64,000 nucleotides of DNA from Malacoraja senta (GCA_038087875.1 JAXLNO010000680.1:62001-126000), one strand, 5' to 3'. Counted from the first letter of the stretch, positions 25,441 through 39,036 are shown. The notes: generated by a model from the sequence alone, not told the origin. A program made the numbers and translations.

Positions 25441-26196
25441 AGAATCACAATCAGAATCACACTTTATTCGCCAAGTATGTTTTGCAACTTACGAGGAATT
25501 TCACTGGCCAGGCCAGTCATACAATTAAAAGCAACAGACTCAAAAACACATTTTAACATGAACATCCACCACAGTGACTCCTACACATTCCTCACTGTGA
25601 TGGAAGGCGAAATAAAGTTCAAGTCTCTTCCTTTTGTTCTTCCTCGGTCGTGGGCCTCGTGCCCCCGTTGACGGGATGATCTTGACTCCCGTAGCCGGCG
25701 GCGTTCGGGCCTTCCGCGTCGAGGCGATCAGCTCCCGCATCGGGGGGTTTGTCTGCTCCCCCCGCGCCGGGCGATCGAACCTCGCGTCGGGGCTGGTCGA
25801 GCCTTCCGCGATGTTGGAGCTCCCGACCCGGCCTCGCCCGAGACTGCGAGCCCTGGATGGTAAAGTCCGCAGGCCGCGGTGGGAGCGATCCCAGGCAAGG
25901 AATCAGCTCCGATGTTAAGTCCGCGCCCCGCGGTGGGGCTCACGACAGTCCGAGGAGGCTTCCAGCTCCAGCGATGGTAGGCCGCGGAACCCGGAGAATG
26001 TGATCCGAAAATTGATCACATCTCCGGGAAGGTAACAACCTGGAAAAAAGTTTCCCTCGATCCCCCAGCCCCCCCCCCCCCCCATACACAAAACAAAGTG
26101 AAGAACATTACAACAAACGTTTAACGCATTAAAAAATAACAAAAATAAAGAAAAACCAAACAGACTGCCGGCAGGGCAGCCACCTCCCCTGGTGGT
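25441..26196 (-). mobile_element. GC-rich non-coding retroelement, second copy
   Basis: Same 5' terminus (ccctggtggt on +) as the 38276 copy. It interrupts a SINE tail. Confidence 0.7.
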
Positions 26197-26324
26197 CTCC
26201 GAGCTGTATCTCCAGACTAAACGCAATGGAAAGTGACAAGTTTCAATTCCTGGCCAAGTAAATCGAAAATAGTAAAATATCCCAAGTCATTTAACAAAAC
26301 GTATCCAGCCACAAAATACCATGC

Positions 26325-26712
26325 TCTCGGCCTCCTCCACTGTCAGAGTGAGGCTAAACGCAAATTGGAGGAACAGCATCTCATATTTCGCTTGGGCAGC
26401 TTACACCCCAGTGGTATGAATATTGATTTCTCTATCTTCAGGTAGCCCCGGCATTCCCTCTCTCTCCATCCCTCCCCCACCCAAGTCGCACCAGCTTCTC
26501 GTTCTCACCCAACAAACAGCTGACAATGGCCTGTTTCCTTTATCATCGTTACTTTTTTGCATATCTTTCATTCATTGTTCTTTATCTCTCCACATCACCG
26601 TCTATATCTCTCGTATCCCTTATCCCTAACCAGTCTGAAGAAGGGTCTCCTAGTCCTTCTCTCCGGAGATGCTGCCTGTCGCCGCTGAGTCACTCCAGCT
26701 GTTTGTGTCTGT
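26325..26712 (+). mobile_element. Penelope-like element 3' fragment
   Basis: Encodes LGLLHCQSEAKRKLEEQHLIFRLGSLHPSGMNIDFS. Confidence 0.8.
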
Positions 26713-27406
26713 CAATGAGGTGAGAAGCAGAAAGCTTTAAGAAGTTAAGTCCAGAACTGAAAGCACACAGACCCAGTCATGCTTTGAAGGAAATTTGGTA
26801 TGTTCAACACCCAGAATTTAAATCTATTGGACGAATAGCAGCCAAAAAGGTTATGGAAGCAAGAGCCTTCTTATCGGGTCCACATCACAAGATTAGAAGT
26901 TGTTCAGCCAGAGCTGAACACACTTCTCCACATCCGCACACAATGGTGTCTGTCTTGTCGCTTCTCGTGCGTGGTGGTGGAAAGATTGGTGGAAACAGGG
27001 CCGCGACGTCAACGCTCTTATCTTTGACCCCTGGAAGTAAGAGTGGTGCCGTGTTGTGAAACCAGAGGCCAGTGTACATTGCAATAGAAGCAAGTGGGTG
27101 GAAGGGGCTGGCTATTAATCCGGATTCACACAACAGTGGAGACACAAGGCTGGGTCTCTATTCCTTGGAGCGCAGGAGGATGAGGGCTGATCTTATAGAG
27201 GTGTATAAAATCATGAGAGGATTGGATCGGGCAGACGCACAGAGTCTCTTGCCCAGAGTAGGGGAATCGAAGACCAGAGGACACAGGTTCAAAGGTGAAG
27301 GAATCTGAGAGGTAACATTTTCACACAAAGGGTGGTGGGTGTATGGAACGAGCTGCCAGAGGAGGTAGTTGAGGCTGGGACTATCCCAACGTTTAAGAAA
27401 CAGTTA

Positions 27407-27538
27407 AGGGGCTGTCCCACCGCGGCGACCTTTCAGCGACTGTCTTCGACCTTCGAGCTCGAGAGCACTCGCCTGAAAAACCTCGAGCTGGATCGACCGT
27501 CAGCGATGAAACCTCGGGCTGGATCGACCGACCACACA

Positions 27539-27624
<86 letters not shown>

Positions 27625-28214
27625 TTGCAAAGGCGTGGGCCAGGGAAAGCGGGGGAGCGCTGTCTGAAATTCACACTCGCAATGAACAGGAAGGTAAAAG
27701 ACGGCTGCACAGTGTACGGTAAGTCCTTTAGAGAGCGCGGAGGTGGGGGGGGGGGGGAGAGAGAAGGGGAGGGAAGGGGGTGAGAAGGAGTGGAGATACT
27801 TTTAAGAAGTCACACAACGTTTAATAAGGTTTAGCGGGCATTTTACCTACCGGTCAGTTTTCCCTGGTCGTGAAAACACCAATGAGCCAATTACAATACC
27901 CGGTCAGCAAAGGAGATTGCCTACGGCTGCCCTCGACTGCCTGTAACTAAATAGCGACCCCACTCCACTCCACTACCAGTTCAAAAGACCCATGCCGACC
28001 AATTTTTACTCGCGGAAATTTTTTCAACATGCTGAATAATGTTCCGCGACCTAGCTGAGGCCGCGAGTATTCGGGAACTTCCCTCGAGCATGAGGGAGAG
28101 TTCCAGCGACCTCATAGGACCTCCTAGGACCACGTGTCGACCATGCTGCGCGTTTGAGTCGAGGGCAAACTCTTCTAAACTCACAGATTAGGTCGCCACA
28201 GTGGGACAGCCCCT
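27407..28214. mobile_element. Non-autonomous PIF/Harbinger-like DNA transposon (808 bp)
   Basis: Perfect 14-bp TIR aggggctgtcccac/gtgggacagcccct with TTA duplicated on both sides. It interrupts a CR1 that resumes afterwards, and contains (CA)n at about 27533-27617. Confidence 0.85.
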
Positions 28215-28379
28215 TTACGCAGGTCCACGGACAGGACCGATTTGGAGGGATATGCTAAGAGACCGCAGACGTTGGACTCATCACTGATGCAAGCTCTCGA
28301 TCCAAAAGTGCCTCCACAGATGCTGCTTGACCAGCGGAGTATTCCAGCCCCTTCTTTTTGTGTGCAGACAACAATCAGG

Positions 28380-28820
28380 ATGAGGCCAAACACAAATTGG
28401 AGGAACAGCACCTCATATTTCGCTTGGGCAGCTTACAAACCAGTGGTATGAATATTAATTTCTCGAACCAAGTAACCCTTCATGTTCATCCCTGCCCCAC
28501 CCAAGTCGTACCAGCTTCAAAGTCGTCTTGTTGAGTCTCATTGTCTGTAACTTGTTTTCACCTAGCACACAGTTAACAATGGCCTGTTTCCTTTCTCATC
28601 GTCACTTTTTTGCATATCTTTCATTCATTTCTTCTATACCTCTCCACATCACCGTCTATATCTCTCGTCTCCCTTTCCCCTGACTCTCAGTCTGTAAGAA
28701 GGGTCTCGACCCGAAACGTCACCCATTCCTTTTCTCCAGAGATGCTGTCAGACCCGCTGAGTTACTCCAGCTTTTTGTGTCTATCTTCGCTCTAAACCAA
28801 CCTCTGCAGTTCCTTCCAAC
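28380..28820 (+). mobile_element. Penelope-like element 3' fragment
   Basis: Same GIY-YIG tail, 3' region and pLTR sequence as the 1808-2281 copy. Confidence 0.8.
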
Positions 28821-28954
28821 ACATTGTTCTTCCAGTCTGGGTGGTTTCACGGGAAGTGGGTTGCGGAAAAATAATGTGTTCATATCAAGGATGTACGTGA
28901 GATTCTTGTCCTTTGGCCTACATTACCCAGGGTTGCTACGTGCATGCCAAAAAG

Positions 28955-29694
28955 ATGGCCGATTAGGAAAAGGGGAGATGCAACGAGACCTGGGTGTCAT
29001 GGTACACCGGTCATTGAAAGTAGGAATGCAGGCAGTGAAGAAAGCAAATGGTATGTTAGTATTCATAGCAAAAGGATTTGAGTATAGGAGGTTCTACTGC
29101 AGTTGTACAGGGTCTTGGTGAGACCACACCTGGAGTATTGCGTACAGTTTTGGTCTCCTAATCTGAGGAAAGACATTCTTGCCATAGAGGGAGTACAGAG
29201 AAGGTTCACCAGACTGATTCCTGGGATGGCAGGACTTTCATATGAGGAAAGACTGGATAGACTCGGCTTGTACACGTTGGAATTCAGAAGACTGAGGGGG
29301 GATCTTATAGAAACTTACAAAATTCTTAAGGGGTTGGACAGGCTAGATGCAGGAAGATTATTCCCGATGTTGGGGAAGTCCAGAACTAGGGGTCACAGTT
29401 TAAGGATAAGAGGGAAGACTTTTAGGACCGAGATGAGGAAAACATTTTTCACACAGAGAGTGGTGAATCTGTGGAACTCTCTGCCACAGAGGGTAGTTGA
29501 GGCCAGTTCATTGGCTATATTTAAGAGGGAGTTAGATGTGGCCCTTGTGGCTAAAGGGATCAGGGGGTATGGAGAGAAGGCAGGTACGGGATACTGAGTT
29601 GGATGATCAGCCATGATCATATTGAATGGCGGTGCAGACTCAAAGGGCCGAATGGCCTACTCCTGCACCTATTTTCTATGTTTCTATGTTTCTA
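28955..29694 (+). mobile_element. CR1-clade LINE, young subfamily
   Basis: ORF 29103-29597 is near-identical to the 20275 copy. Confidence 0.92.
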
Positions 29695-29784
29695 AGAAGG
29701 AGCAACCTGCATTTATATATTCACTTTTACTCTTAAGGGGTCTCAAGACGTCTTAACGTTACTTCGCTACTTTTTCCACATTGT

Positions 29785-30100
29785 AGTTTAGTTTAGTTTG
29801 GAGATACAGCGCAGAAACAGGCCCTTCGGCCCACCGAGTCCTCGCCAACCAGCGATCCCCGAACACTAACACTATCCTACACACTCAAGGGACAATTTTA
29901 CATTTTATACCAAGCCAATTAACCTACAAACCTGCACGTCTTTTGGAGTGTGGGAGGAAACCGAAGATCCCAGAGAAAAGCCACGCAGGTCACGGGGAGA
30001 ACGCATAAAACTCTGCCCAGACAGCACCCGTAGTCAGGATGGAACCCGGGTCTCTGGCGCTGTGAGGCAGCAACTCTACCGCTGCTCCACCGTGACCGCC
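29785..30100 (-). mobile_element. HE1-like V-SINE
   Basis: Same structure. Confidence 0.85.
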
Positions 30101-30738
30101 CAATTGTGCACAAGGAACGTGGAAGACAATTCATTCCTACTCATGGCGCAGACCGGAGATGACAGATTCTAAGTATTTGTCAAAAGAACCAGTGGAAAGG
30201 TACATGGATAGGACAGGTCTGGAGGGATATGGGACAAACGCGGGCAGGTGGGACTAGTGTTGGTGGGACAGGTTGGCCGGTGTGGGTAGTTGGGCCGAAG
30301 GGCCTCTTTCCACACTGGATGACCACGACTCTAAGGATGAAGTGTAGAATGCCGTGATTTATTTTTATCTGCAAGACACTGCCTGACAGGGACGTCAGAA
30401 ATAGATTTGATGCCAATATTGAAATGGGAATTTGGATGTATATTAGAAACACACGCATGTTTAGGGTCAAGTGGAAAGGCTAAAGGAGAGGACTAATTTA
30501 ATGAGCTGATGGCATTCTTTGTGTTCCATGATGGGGGAATATTTATGACTGGATTACTATCGATTTTTGGGGAAATATAATATCAATAAAACATTAGTTT
30601 GATGTGAAGGATTATTGGGGAGAAGGCAGGAAAATGGGATTAGGAGGCAGAGATCAGCCTTGATTGAATGGAAGAGTAGACTCGATGGGCCGAATGGCCT
30701 AATGTACTCCTATCACTTATGAACTTGTGAAAATCAGT

Positions 30739-30766
30739 CTGAAGAAGGGTCTCGACCCGAAACGTC
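30739..30766 (+). ncRNA. Minimal hammerhead-ribozyme-like motif
   Basis: Identical 28-mer CTGAAGAAGGGTCTCGACCCGAAACGTC. Confidence 0.68.
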
Positions 30767-30772
30767 ACAGAG

Positions 30773-31230
30773 ACTGTCATATGTTGATAGAATGGAGCAG
30801 CTGGGCTTGTACACTCTGGAGTTTAGAAGGATGAGAGGGGATCTTATTGAAACATATAAGATTATTAAGGGTTTGGACACACTAGAGGCAAGAAACATGT
30901 TCCCGATGTTGGGGGAGTCCAGAACCAGGGGCCACAGTTTAAGAATAAGGGGTAAGCCATTTAGAACGGAGACGAGGAAACACTTTTTCTCACAGAGAGT
31001 GGTGAGTCTGTGGAATTCTCTGCCTCAGAGGGCGGTGGAGGCGGGTTCTCTGGATGCTTTCAAGAGAGAGCTAGATAGGGCTCTTAAAAATAGTGGAGTC
31101 AGGGGATATGGGGAGAAGGCAGGAACGGGGTACTGATTGGGGATGATCAGCCATGATCACATTGAATGGCGGTGCTGGCTCGAAGGGCTAAATGGCCTGC
31201 TCCTGCACCTATTGTCTATTGTCTATTGTC
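30773..31230 (+). mobile_element. CR1-clade LINE 3' fragment
   Basis: ORF 30792-31136. Confidence 0.9.
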
Positions 31231-31922
31231 AGTGCTCTTTATGTGGCGACTATTGGCATACCTTGGGTAGGCAAGCAAAGAGTTTCACTGTGACTTGTCA
31301 CATGTGCCCATAAAGCATTCATTCATTCAATTGTATTCAATTTGAGATTGGATAGGTCCTCATCAACTGCGCTTCACGTGTTTACTACTCGTTCACTTGC
31401 AGTATCAGAGATCTCATGCAGTAGTGTCATTTGGCCCAAGTCTACTCCGCCATTCAATCATGGCTGATCTATCTCTCCCTCCTAACCCCATTCTCCCGCC
31501 TTCTCCCCATAACCCCTGACACCCGCACTAATCAAGAATCTATCTGTCTCTGCCTTAAAACTATCCACTGACTTGGCCTCCACAGCCTTCTGTGGCTGAG
31601 AATTCCACAGATTCACCGCCCTTCTTGAATGCTATTTCTATGAGCCCAGCACTTGCACTAAAGTTCAGATGTCACGTTGTGTGTGCTCGACGGTTTGGGC
31701 AGAATCTGGTCACCTCCCAGTCCATAAACTGATCTATTGTATAAAACGCAATCTAAAAAGGCACCAAAGATGCAACGTAATGTTGCCATCCCACCCTACG
31801 CCTGACCGCTTTTCCAACATTTATACCCTTCAACTCTTTCTGACACCTTCCAGCTTTTGTACAATGTCATTCAACAGAGTATCCATTGCCTTGGGTGGTG
31901 TGAGAAGATTTGTCAGCAAGCC

Positions 31923-32460
31923 ATTTACGAGGCTGTTGCCAGGACTAGAGGGTGTGGGCTACAGGGAGAGGTTGAGCAGGCTAGGACTCTATTCCTTGGA
32001 GCGCAGGAGGATGAAGGGTCTTCTTGCGTATGGCATGCCCAGCCTAAAGTTGTAAGACAACTTGTTCTGTTTGATCTTCTGTTTAGGATGAGGGGTGATC
32101 TTATAGAGGTGTACAAAATCATGAGAGGAATAGATCGGGTAGACGCACAGAGTCTCTTGCCCAGAGTAGGGGAATCGAGAACCAGAGGACATTGGTTTAA
32201 GGTGAAGGGGAAAAGATTTCATCAGAATCTGAGGGGTAACTTTTTCACACAAAGGGTGGTGGGTGTATGGAACAGAGGAGGTAGCTGAGGCTGGGACTAT
32301 CCCAACATTTAAGAAACAGACAGGTACATGGATAGGACAGGTTTGGAGGGATATGGACCAAGTGCAGGCAGGTGGGACTAGTGTGGCTGGGACATGTGGG
32401 CCGGAGTGGGCAAGTTGGGCCGAAGGGCCTGTTTCCACACTGTATCACTCTACGACTCTA
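31923..32460 (+). mobile_element. CR1-clade LINE 3' fragment with a 70-bp insert
   Basis: CR1 sequence is interrupted at 32015-32084, flanked by aggatga. Confidence 0.85.
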
Positions 32461-32504
32461 TGTGCTCCTGGGATATTTTAAAGCCCATCATATTCGCGTT
32501 GGGG

Positions 32505-33478
32505 TAATAATAATAATAATAATAATAAACATTTTATTTATGGGCGCCTATACAAAAGTCTCAAGGACACCTTACAGAATTTAACAAAGAACATATAATC
32601 GGAGTAACATAAGTTATAAAGACATCACCAATACACAAATTAAAGACAGAATTGGATCCAAACACAAAAAATAAATTCAGAAACACAATGTGAAGAGAGA
32701 GCAGCGGCAGCTAAACCGCGCCAGCGTCCACTCTCCCTTCCGACCGCCATCTTGGACACAAACTAACATAGACACTACATACAAAAATCATCCCCCCACA
32801 ATGGTTACCACTGTGGGGGAAGGCACAATGTCCAGTCCCCATCCCAGTTCACCCAAAGTCAGGCCTATTGAGGCCTCCGCTATTGCCTCTACGGAGGCCC
32901 GATGTTCCTGGCCGTTCTCTCCGGGTGCAGTTGACCCGGCGTCGGGAGAGTCCTCTCAGCGGCTGGGCCACCTGGAACGGCCGATTTCCTACCGGAGGCC
33001 GCGGCTTCCGAAGCCGACAAGGCCGCGCCGGTTTGGAGCTCCCAGGCTCCCGATGGTGAAGTCGGCGCCGCCCGCTCCTCTCCACAGACCCGCAGCCCGG
33101 AGGTGTCGAACTCACGGTCACAGCTCACCGGAGCTCCAGCGCGTTGATCCAGCGCGGCGACCCAGGCAAGGCATCACCCGCTCCGTTCCGCGATAGCGCT
33201 CCAGCGCTGTGCCGCCACCGAAGCCGAGGTGCTGGGCGGTCCCCGTCAGGAAACGGCGCTCCATGCCCGCTGGTAGGCCACGAGGACGGGTCGACGGGGC
33301 AGCCCGGAGAAAAAGCTGCCTCACCGACCAGGTAGGGACCTAGAAATGAGGTTACCCCCTTCACCCTACATTAAAAAAGTCAGATTACTCCCACAGGACA
33401 AACGCAGGACTCACTAAAACTATTAAAAAAAGTGAATTAACGGACGGCTTCTGATTAGCAGCCGTCCCCCATGATGGC
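32505..33478 (-). mobile_element. GC-rich non-coding retroelement with L2-type tail and (TTA)n
   Basis: The minus-strand tail tgtaaggtgtccttgag...aggcgcccataaataaa(TTA)n resembles L2 3' ends. The body is CpG-rich. Confidence 0.6.
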
Positions 33479-33904
33479 TTGCATGACGCGTGTGAAATAG
33501 ACACTGGTACTCCAAACATTCCTTGAGGTAGACACAAAATGTCGGAGTAACTCAACGGGACAGGCAGCATCTCTGGAGAGAAGGAATGGCTGACGTTTCG
33601 GGTCGAGACCCACCTTCCTACACATTCCTTGAGACTAGCCTCCTTGATCCGTTCACAATGGAGGACTCTGTTGAGAACATTCCCTCCTTCAGTCCTCACA
33701 TGTTATTCATTCAACATGAGCTGAATGATTCTCAAGCTGGCTTTAGTCATTTAGACCAGGGCTACTCAACTATGACATAGCTAACTATGGCGCATTCACA
33801 AAATAAGTAGCACAATGAGTTTGTTGTAACATTTGGCTTTGTCATAGTAGGCTAAATATCAAGAAATATGAGAAATTATATAACTCTCCAGTGATAAAAT
33901 AACT

Positions 33905-34230
33905 AATCTCCCGGTTGCCAAACACTTCAACTCCCCCTCCCATTCCCACACTGACCTTTCTGTCCTGGGCCTCCTCCACTGTCAGAGTGAGGCCCAGCGC
34001 TAATTGGAGGAACAGCACCTCATATTTCACTTGGGCAGTATGAACATTGACTTCTCTAACTTCAAGTAACCCTTGCTTTCCCTCTCTCTCCATCCCTCCC
34101 CCATCCTAGTTCTCCGACCACATTAAATTTTGCATTGTACGCCTCGTTGTCACCTTCCGCTCGCTAACAATGATCTATTCTATATTTGCCTTGAACTTTG
34201 TCCCCTTTGATCTTCCGTTTTCACACCTTA
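33905..34230 (+). mobile_element. Penelope-like element fragment
   Basis: Contains atctcccggttgccaaacacttcaactccccctcccattcccacactgacctttctgtcctgggcc, near-identical to other copies. Confidence 0.78.
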
Positions 34231-35689
34231 CTCCGAAGAGTTACAGACCTCTAATTCAGGAAATTTCTTAAATTCATCAGTGATAGGAGAAGAATTAGGC
34301 CATTCGGCCCATCAAGTCTACTCGGCCATTCAGTTTTGGCTGATCTATCTCTCCCTCCTAACCCCATTCTCCTGCCTTCTCCCCATAACCTCTGACACCC
34401 GTACTAATCAAGAATCTATCCCTGCCTTAAAAATATCCACTGACTTGGCCTCCACAGCCTTTGTGTGGAAAGACTTACCCCTTAAAATGTTACCTCTTAA
34501 AAATACTTCAAACAAAAAACATTGAAATCATACTTCTACAATGCATTAAAACATTATTTTAATACACCAAATTTCAAAAAGTCCCCACACCCTCCCCCCA
34601 CTCGGTTGCTCCACTCTCTTGCCGGGTACCCCCAAGCCAGTGATCAGTGATTGCTCAGCCCCCTTACTTTCAAAAACGCTCTGCGGCCCCTGGTTCAGAC
34701 GGAGAACACTGCCAGATGTGAGCGGGGAACTGAGGCCAGTTGTCCGTGATGTCTGGATCCCAATGCTCAGCGCTTTGTGTTTCGGAGTTGGCTAATGTTA
34801 TTGATTTGTAATTAGCCTGATTTGTAATTAGTTGACAAAACCTTAATTTATTAATCCGATATATCCAGGGGGATGGGATAAGTGTAATATTAAAATGACA
34901 TGCAAGGTATCAGGCATACAGCCCCGATAACCATTATTTCCTTCAGTTAAATATTGGGAAGGTAGCATTATTGTCATTTGCCACTCAACTATTATATTTG
35001 TTTACCTCACTGACTATTTCTAAACAACCCCCCCCCCCCAAATTCCTTTGACAGGTTGAATAGAAATTCCCAAATCTCGTTGTTTTATTAATTGAACACG
35101 TAGATGACCATCCTCAAGGAGTGTAATCAGATGGAAATTGATTCAGATGCGATGTTTAAGAGCTTGTTCAAAGAAGGGGAACATTTTAAAGGAGTGACAG
35201 AGATACTTCCAGGGGAATGTGTGAGGAGGTTATTATTTGTCTTTAGTTTTAGCTTGAACCAGGACATCTGAAGATTCAGAGTTTAATATAGTAATTGTGC
35301 TGATACTGACTCCAACCAACCACGTAATGAATATCATCCATCCCGGAGATTTTATTTTTCTGATGCCATTTAAACTTCACTTGGATTTCAATCACTTAGA
35401 TGTAAAAGTAATTGGGAATGGGGAGCATTGGAACATAAATTTGCCCTTGGTACAATTAACTGTAATATTATAATGTATGCATGTTGGTAGATGCAATCAA
35501 AACAAAGATCTTTTATCATTGTTGTGTTATGAATACCACAGAAATATGATGTATTCTCAAGATCACATTTAATAGAATAATATTGCTTAAATATATAATT
35601 ATTGGACTTTGCATTTCGGAAAAGTCCCAGCTGAGAGGAAGACAGCAAAATACTGAAAATATTGTGGGTGAAAATCACATCAGGACAGT

Positions 35690-35900
35690 TTGTTAGGAAA
35701 ATGAAGGAAATGGTAACAGAATACTTATACAGCTGAGTGAGGATAATTTTATGGAGGAGAAATTGTGTTCAACCAATTGATGACTTCTTTGACAAAGTAA
35801 CTAGCATGTTAGATAACAAGGAAGCCAATGGATGTCACAAATTTTGTTATACAAATTTTGGTATGTGAAGTGCCCCATAAAAGATTACCGCATTAGATAA
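35690..35900 (+). mobile_element. Ancient, highly decayed CR1 RT fragment
   Basis: Degenerate match to the CR1 RT stretch CLTNL..FF.EVT..VD....VDV....F.KAFD.VPH.RL (tgttcaaccaattgatgacttctttgacaaagtaact...gaagtgccccataaaagatta). Confidence 0.55.
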
Positions 35901-36577
35901 GCACCTATGGACTTAATAGGTGCTTAAAGTAATAGGTTAAGTAATAGGTTAAGTCCAGGGGGTCAGATATGGGGCTTTATGTGATGGCCAGATATATTGT
36001 CAGTGCAGAGGGGCTAGAAGCAAGGCCAAGTGTGCATCCAGAGTCAAGATTTGGAATAGTACTAGGTGTGCAGTCAAAGCTGGGACAATGGAAGTGTTCG
36101 GCACTGGGAACCAAAGCAGGTAAGCAGCTATGATCAGGGTAGAATAGGGGGCCAGGTGTAAGGCTGGACTCAGGTCAGGAATGAGAGAAGGTGTGCAACT
36201 GGAGTCAGGGTCAGGAGTGGTACCAGGTGCGCAGTGAGACCCAGGTTGGTCAACATGGGCCAAGTGTTTGATTATAATCTGATTTCCATACATGAAGATA
36301 CTAAGATCATTCATGTGCTGCACCTGTTGATCAGAGCCTGGCTCTACTGTGGAATGCAATTAGGAATGTAATTTAGCCTAACCTTATTCATAGCTAATCC
36401 AATTTAAAGCATAAATATTGCATTCAAGTGTATGTTAAAAGACTCGCTACAGTATGCACCAGATTGCACAATTTCAAGCTGAAATTGCAAAAGCTCCATA
36501 CCAATGAGTGGGGGTCTCCAATGGGGTCTCCAATGGGGTTGATGGGAGGTCAGGACCGCTCTGTCGATCATGTCAGG

Positions 36578-37016
36578 TTTAGTTTAGTTTTGGGATACAG
36601 CGCGGAAACAGGCCCTTCGGCCTACCCAGTCCGCACCGACCAGCGATCCCCGCTGGTCGGTGCGGGCCAATTTTAAATTTATACATATATACCAAGCCAA
36701 TAAAACCCTACAGTCTGAAGAAGGGTCACGACCCGAAACGTCGCCTATTCCTTCTCTCCATAGATGCTGCCTCACCCGCTGAGTTTCTCCAGCATTTTTG
36801 TCTACCTTCGATTTTTCCAGCATCTGCAGTTCTTTCTTAAACACTACAAACCTGTAGGTCTTTGGAGTGCGGGAGGAAACCGAAGATCTCGGAGAAAAAC
36901 CCACGCAGGTCACGGGGAGAACGTGCAAACTCCGTACAGACAGCACCCGTGGTCAGGATCGAACCCGGGTCCCTGGCGCCGTGAGGCAGCAACTCTACCG
37001 CTGCGCCACTGTGCCG
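36578..37016 (-). mobile_element. HE1-like V-SINE interrupted by a hammerhead-like pLTR insert
   Basis: The SINE is split at about 36713-36838 by a pLTR unit flanked by aaac(c/a)ctaca. Confidence 0.8.
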
Positions 37017-37239
37017 TCTTCAGCCGTTGTGTATAGTATCTCACATATGGAAGATAAGATGACATTTTCTTCAATTCTTGCCAAATATGTAACCTTTCCC
37101 AGCTAACCATATGAGGAAACCGCTCAGCAAAGTTCCAGAGTTCCACTATATTTTGTCTATATTCCTGTTTCTCCTTTGTTGCTGCATGGAAATCCTGGAA
37201 CTCGCTACTTAACACCACTTTGGGAGTATTTACTTTAGG

Positions 37240-37810
37240 AGTTTGGTTTATTGTCACCAAGGTACAGTGAAAAGCTTTTGTTGCGTGCTAACCAGTCAGC
37301 GGAAAGACAATGCATGATTACAATCCAACCGTCCACAGTGTACAGATACAGGATAAAGGGAAGAATGTGATTAACATTTAGTGCAAGATAAAGTCCGATC
37401 AAAGATAGTCCAAGTGTTTCCAATGAGGTAGATAGTAGTTCAGGACTGCTCTCTGGTTGTGGTAGGATGGTTCAGTTGCCTGATAATAGCTGGGAAGAAA
37501 CTGTCCCTGACTCTGGAGGTGTGCGTTTTCACACTTCTGTACCTCTTGCCCGATGGGAGAGGGGAGAAGAGGGAGTGGCCGGGGTGAGACTGGTCCTTGA
37601 TTATGCTGCTAGCCTTGCCGAGGCAGCGTGAGGTGTGGATGGAGTCAGTGGAAGGGAGGTTGGTTTGTGCGATGGTCTGGGCTGGATCCACAACTCTGCG
37701 ATTTCTTGCGGTCTTGGACGGAGCTGTTCCCAAACCGGTACGATGCTTTCGACGGCGCATCTGTAGAAGTTGGTAAGAGTTGTTGCGGACATGCCAAACT
37801 TCCTAAGCTA
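37240..37810 (-). mobile_element. Rex1/Babar-like LINE 3' fragment
   Basis: Encodes LTNFYRCAVES and RCLGKASSIIKDQSHPGHSLFSPLPSGKRYRSVKTHTSRVRDSFFPAIIRQLN. The 3' UTR ends gacaataaa. Confidence 0.8.
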
Positions 37811-38275
37811 CTAAGGATTCTTCTCAGACTCAGCTGAAGAAGGATCTCGACTCAAAACGTCACTATTCCTTTTCTTCAGAGATGCTGCCTGACCCGCTGA
37901 GTTACTCCAGCATTTATTGTCTATCTTCGGTGTAAACCAGTATCTATCTTCGGTGTAAACCAGTATTTACCCTCCTAAACTACACTAAATACCTTTCCCT
38001 TCAATCTTCAATCATCTACCATTTTTCCTTTGGGCCATTCAGATTGTATTCTTACTTTTAACTTTTCCTCGCGCCAAAATTATAACAAATATCTTCAAAA
38101 AGCTTACTCTCATCCGTTATGTCAGAGATATCTCCCTTGACTCCCTTGAGAAGGTTGTGGAGGCCATGTTAGTGGATATTTTTTTAGACAGAGATAGACA
38201 ATTCTTGATTAGAATGGGTGTCAAGGGTTATGGGAAGAAGGCAGGAAATGGGATTAGGAGGCAGAAATCAGCTAT

Positions 38276-39036
38276 AATAATCATAATCATAATCATACTT
38301 TTATGTTTTGTGATACAAGGAATTTGATTTGCCATACAGTCATACAAATAAAAAGCAACAGAACACACAAAATACATTTTAACATAAACATCCACCACAG
38401 TGACTCCTCCACATTCCTCACTGTGATGGAAGATGACATAAAGTTCAATCTCTGTACCCTTCTTTGTTCTCCCGCAGTCAGGGGCCTCGAGCCTTCCGTT
38501 GACAGACAATCTTAATCCCGTAGCTGGTGTTTGGGCCCTCTGCGCGGGGCGATCAAACCCCTGCATCGGGGGGGGGGGGGAATCTCAGCTCCCCTGCGCC
38601 GGGCGATCGGACCCCGGGTCGGGGCTGGTCGAAACCTGCGTCGTTTGGAGCTTCCCGACATCAGTCTCTACCCGAGACTGCGAGCTCCTCGATGGTGAAA
38701 TCCGCAGGTCGGAGCGTCGATCCCAGGCAAGGGATCACAGGCTCCGATGGTAATTCCACATCCCCGCGGTGGGGCTCACAGTCAGTCCCGAGCAAGGCCG
38801 CCAGCTCCATGATGTTAGGCCGCAGGGAGACCGGAGATACGATCCGGAAAACAATCGCATCTCCGGCAAGGTAAGAGACTGAAAAAAAGTTTCCCCCGAC
38901 CCCCCTCCCCCACCCCCACATAAAACAAACCAGAGAACATTGACACAAACTTTTAAAGCACACTAAAAATAACAAAAAGACAAAAAGACAGACAGACTGT
39001 TGGCGAGGCTGCCGTCGTGCGGTGCCCCCTGGTGGT
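38276..39036 (-). mobile_element. GC-rich non-coding retroelement (~760 bp) with (TGATTA)n tail
   Basis: Homologous end-to-end to 25441-26196. It interrupts a CR1 3' UTR. Confidence 0.7.

Noticed and set aside
26784..27145. ORFs in unique sequence as further SynGAP1 exons
   Set aside because: No similarity to PH, C2 or GAP sequence in the listed frames.
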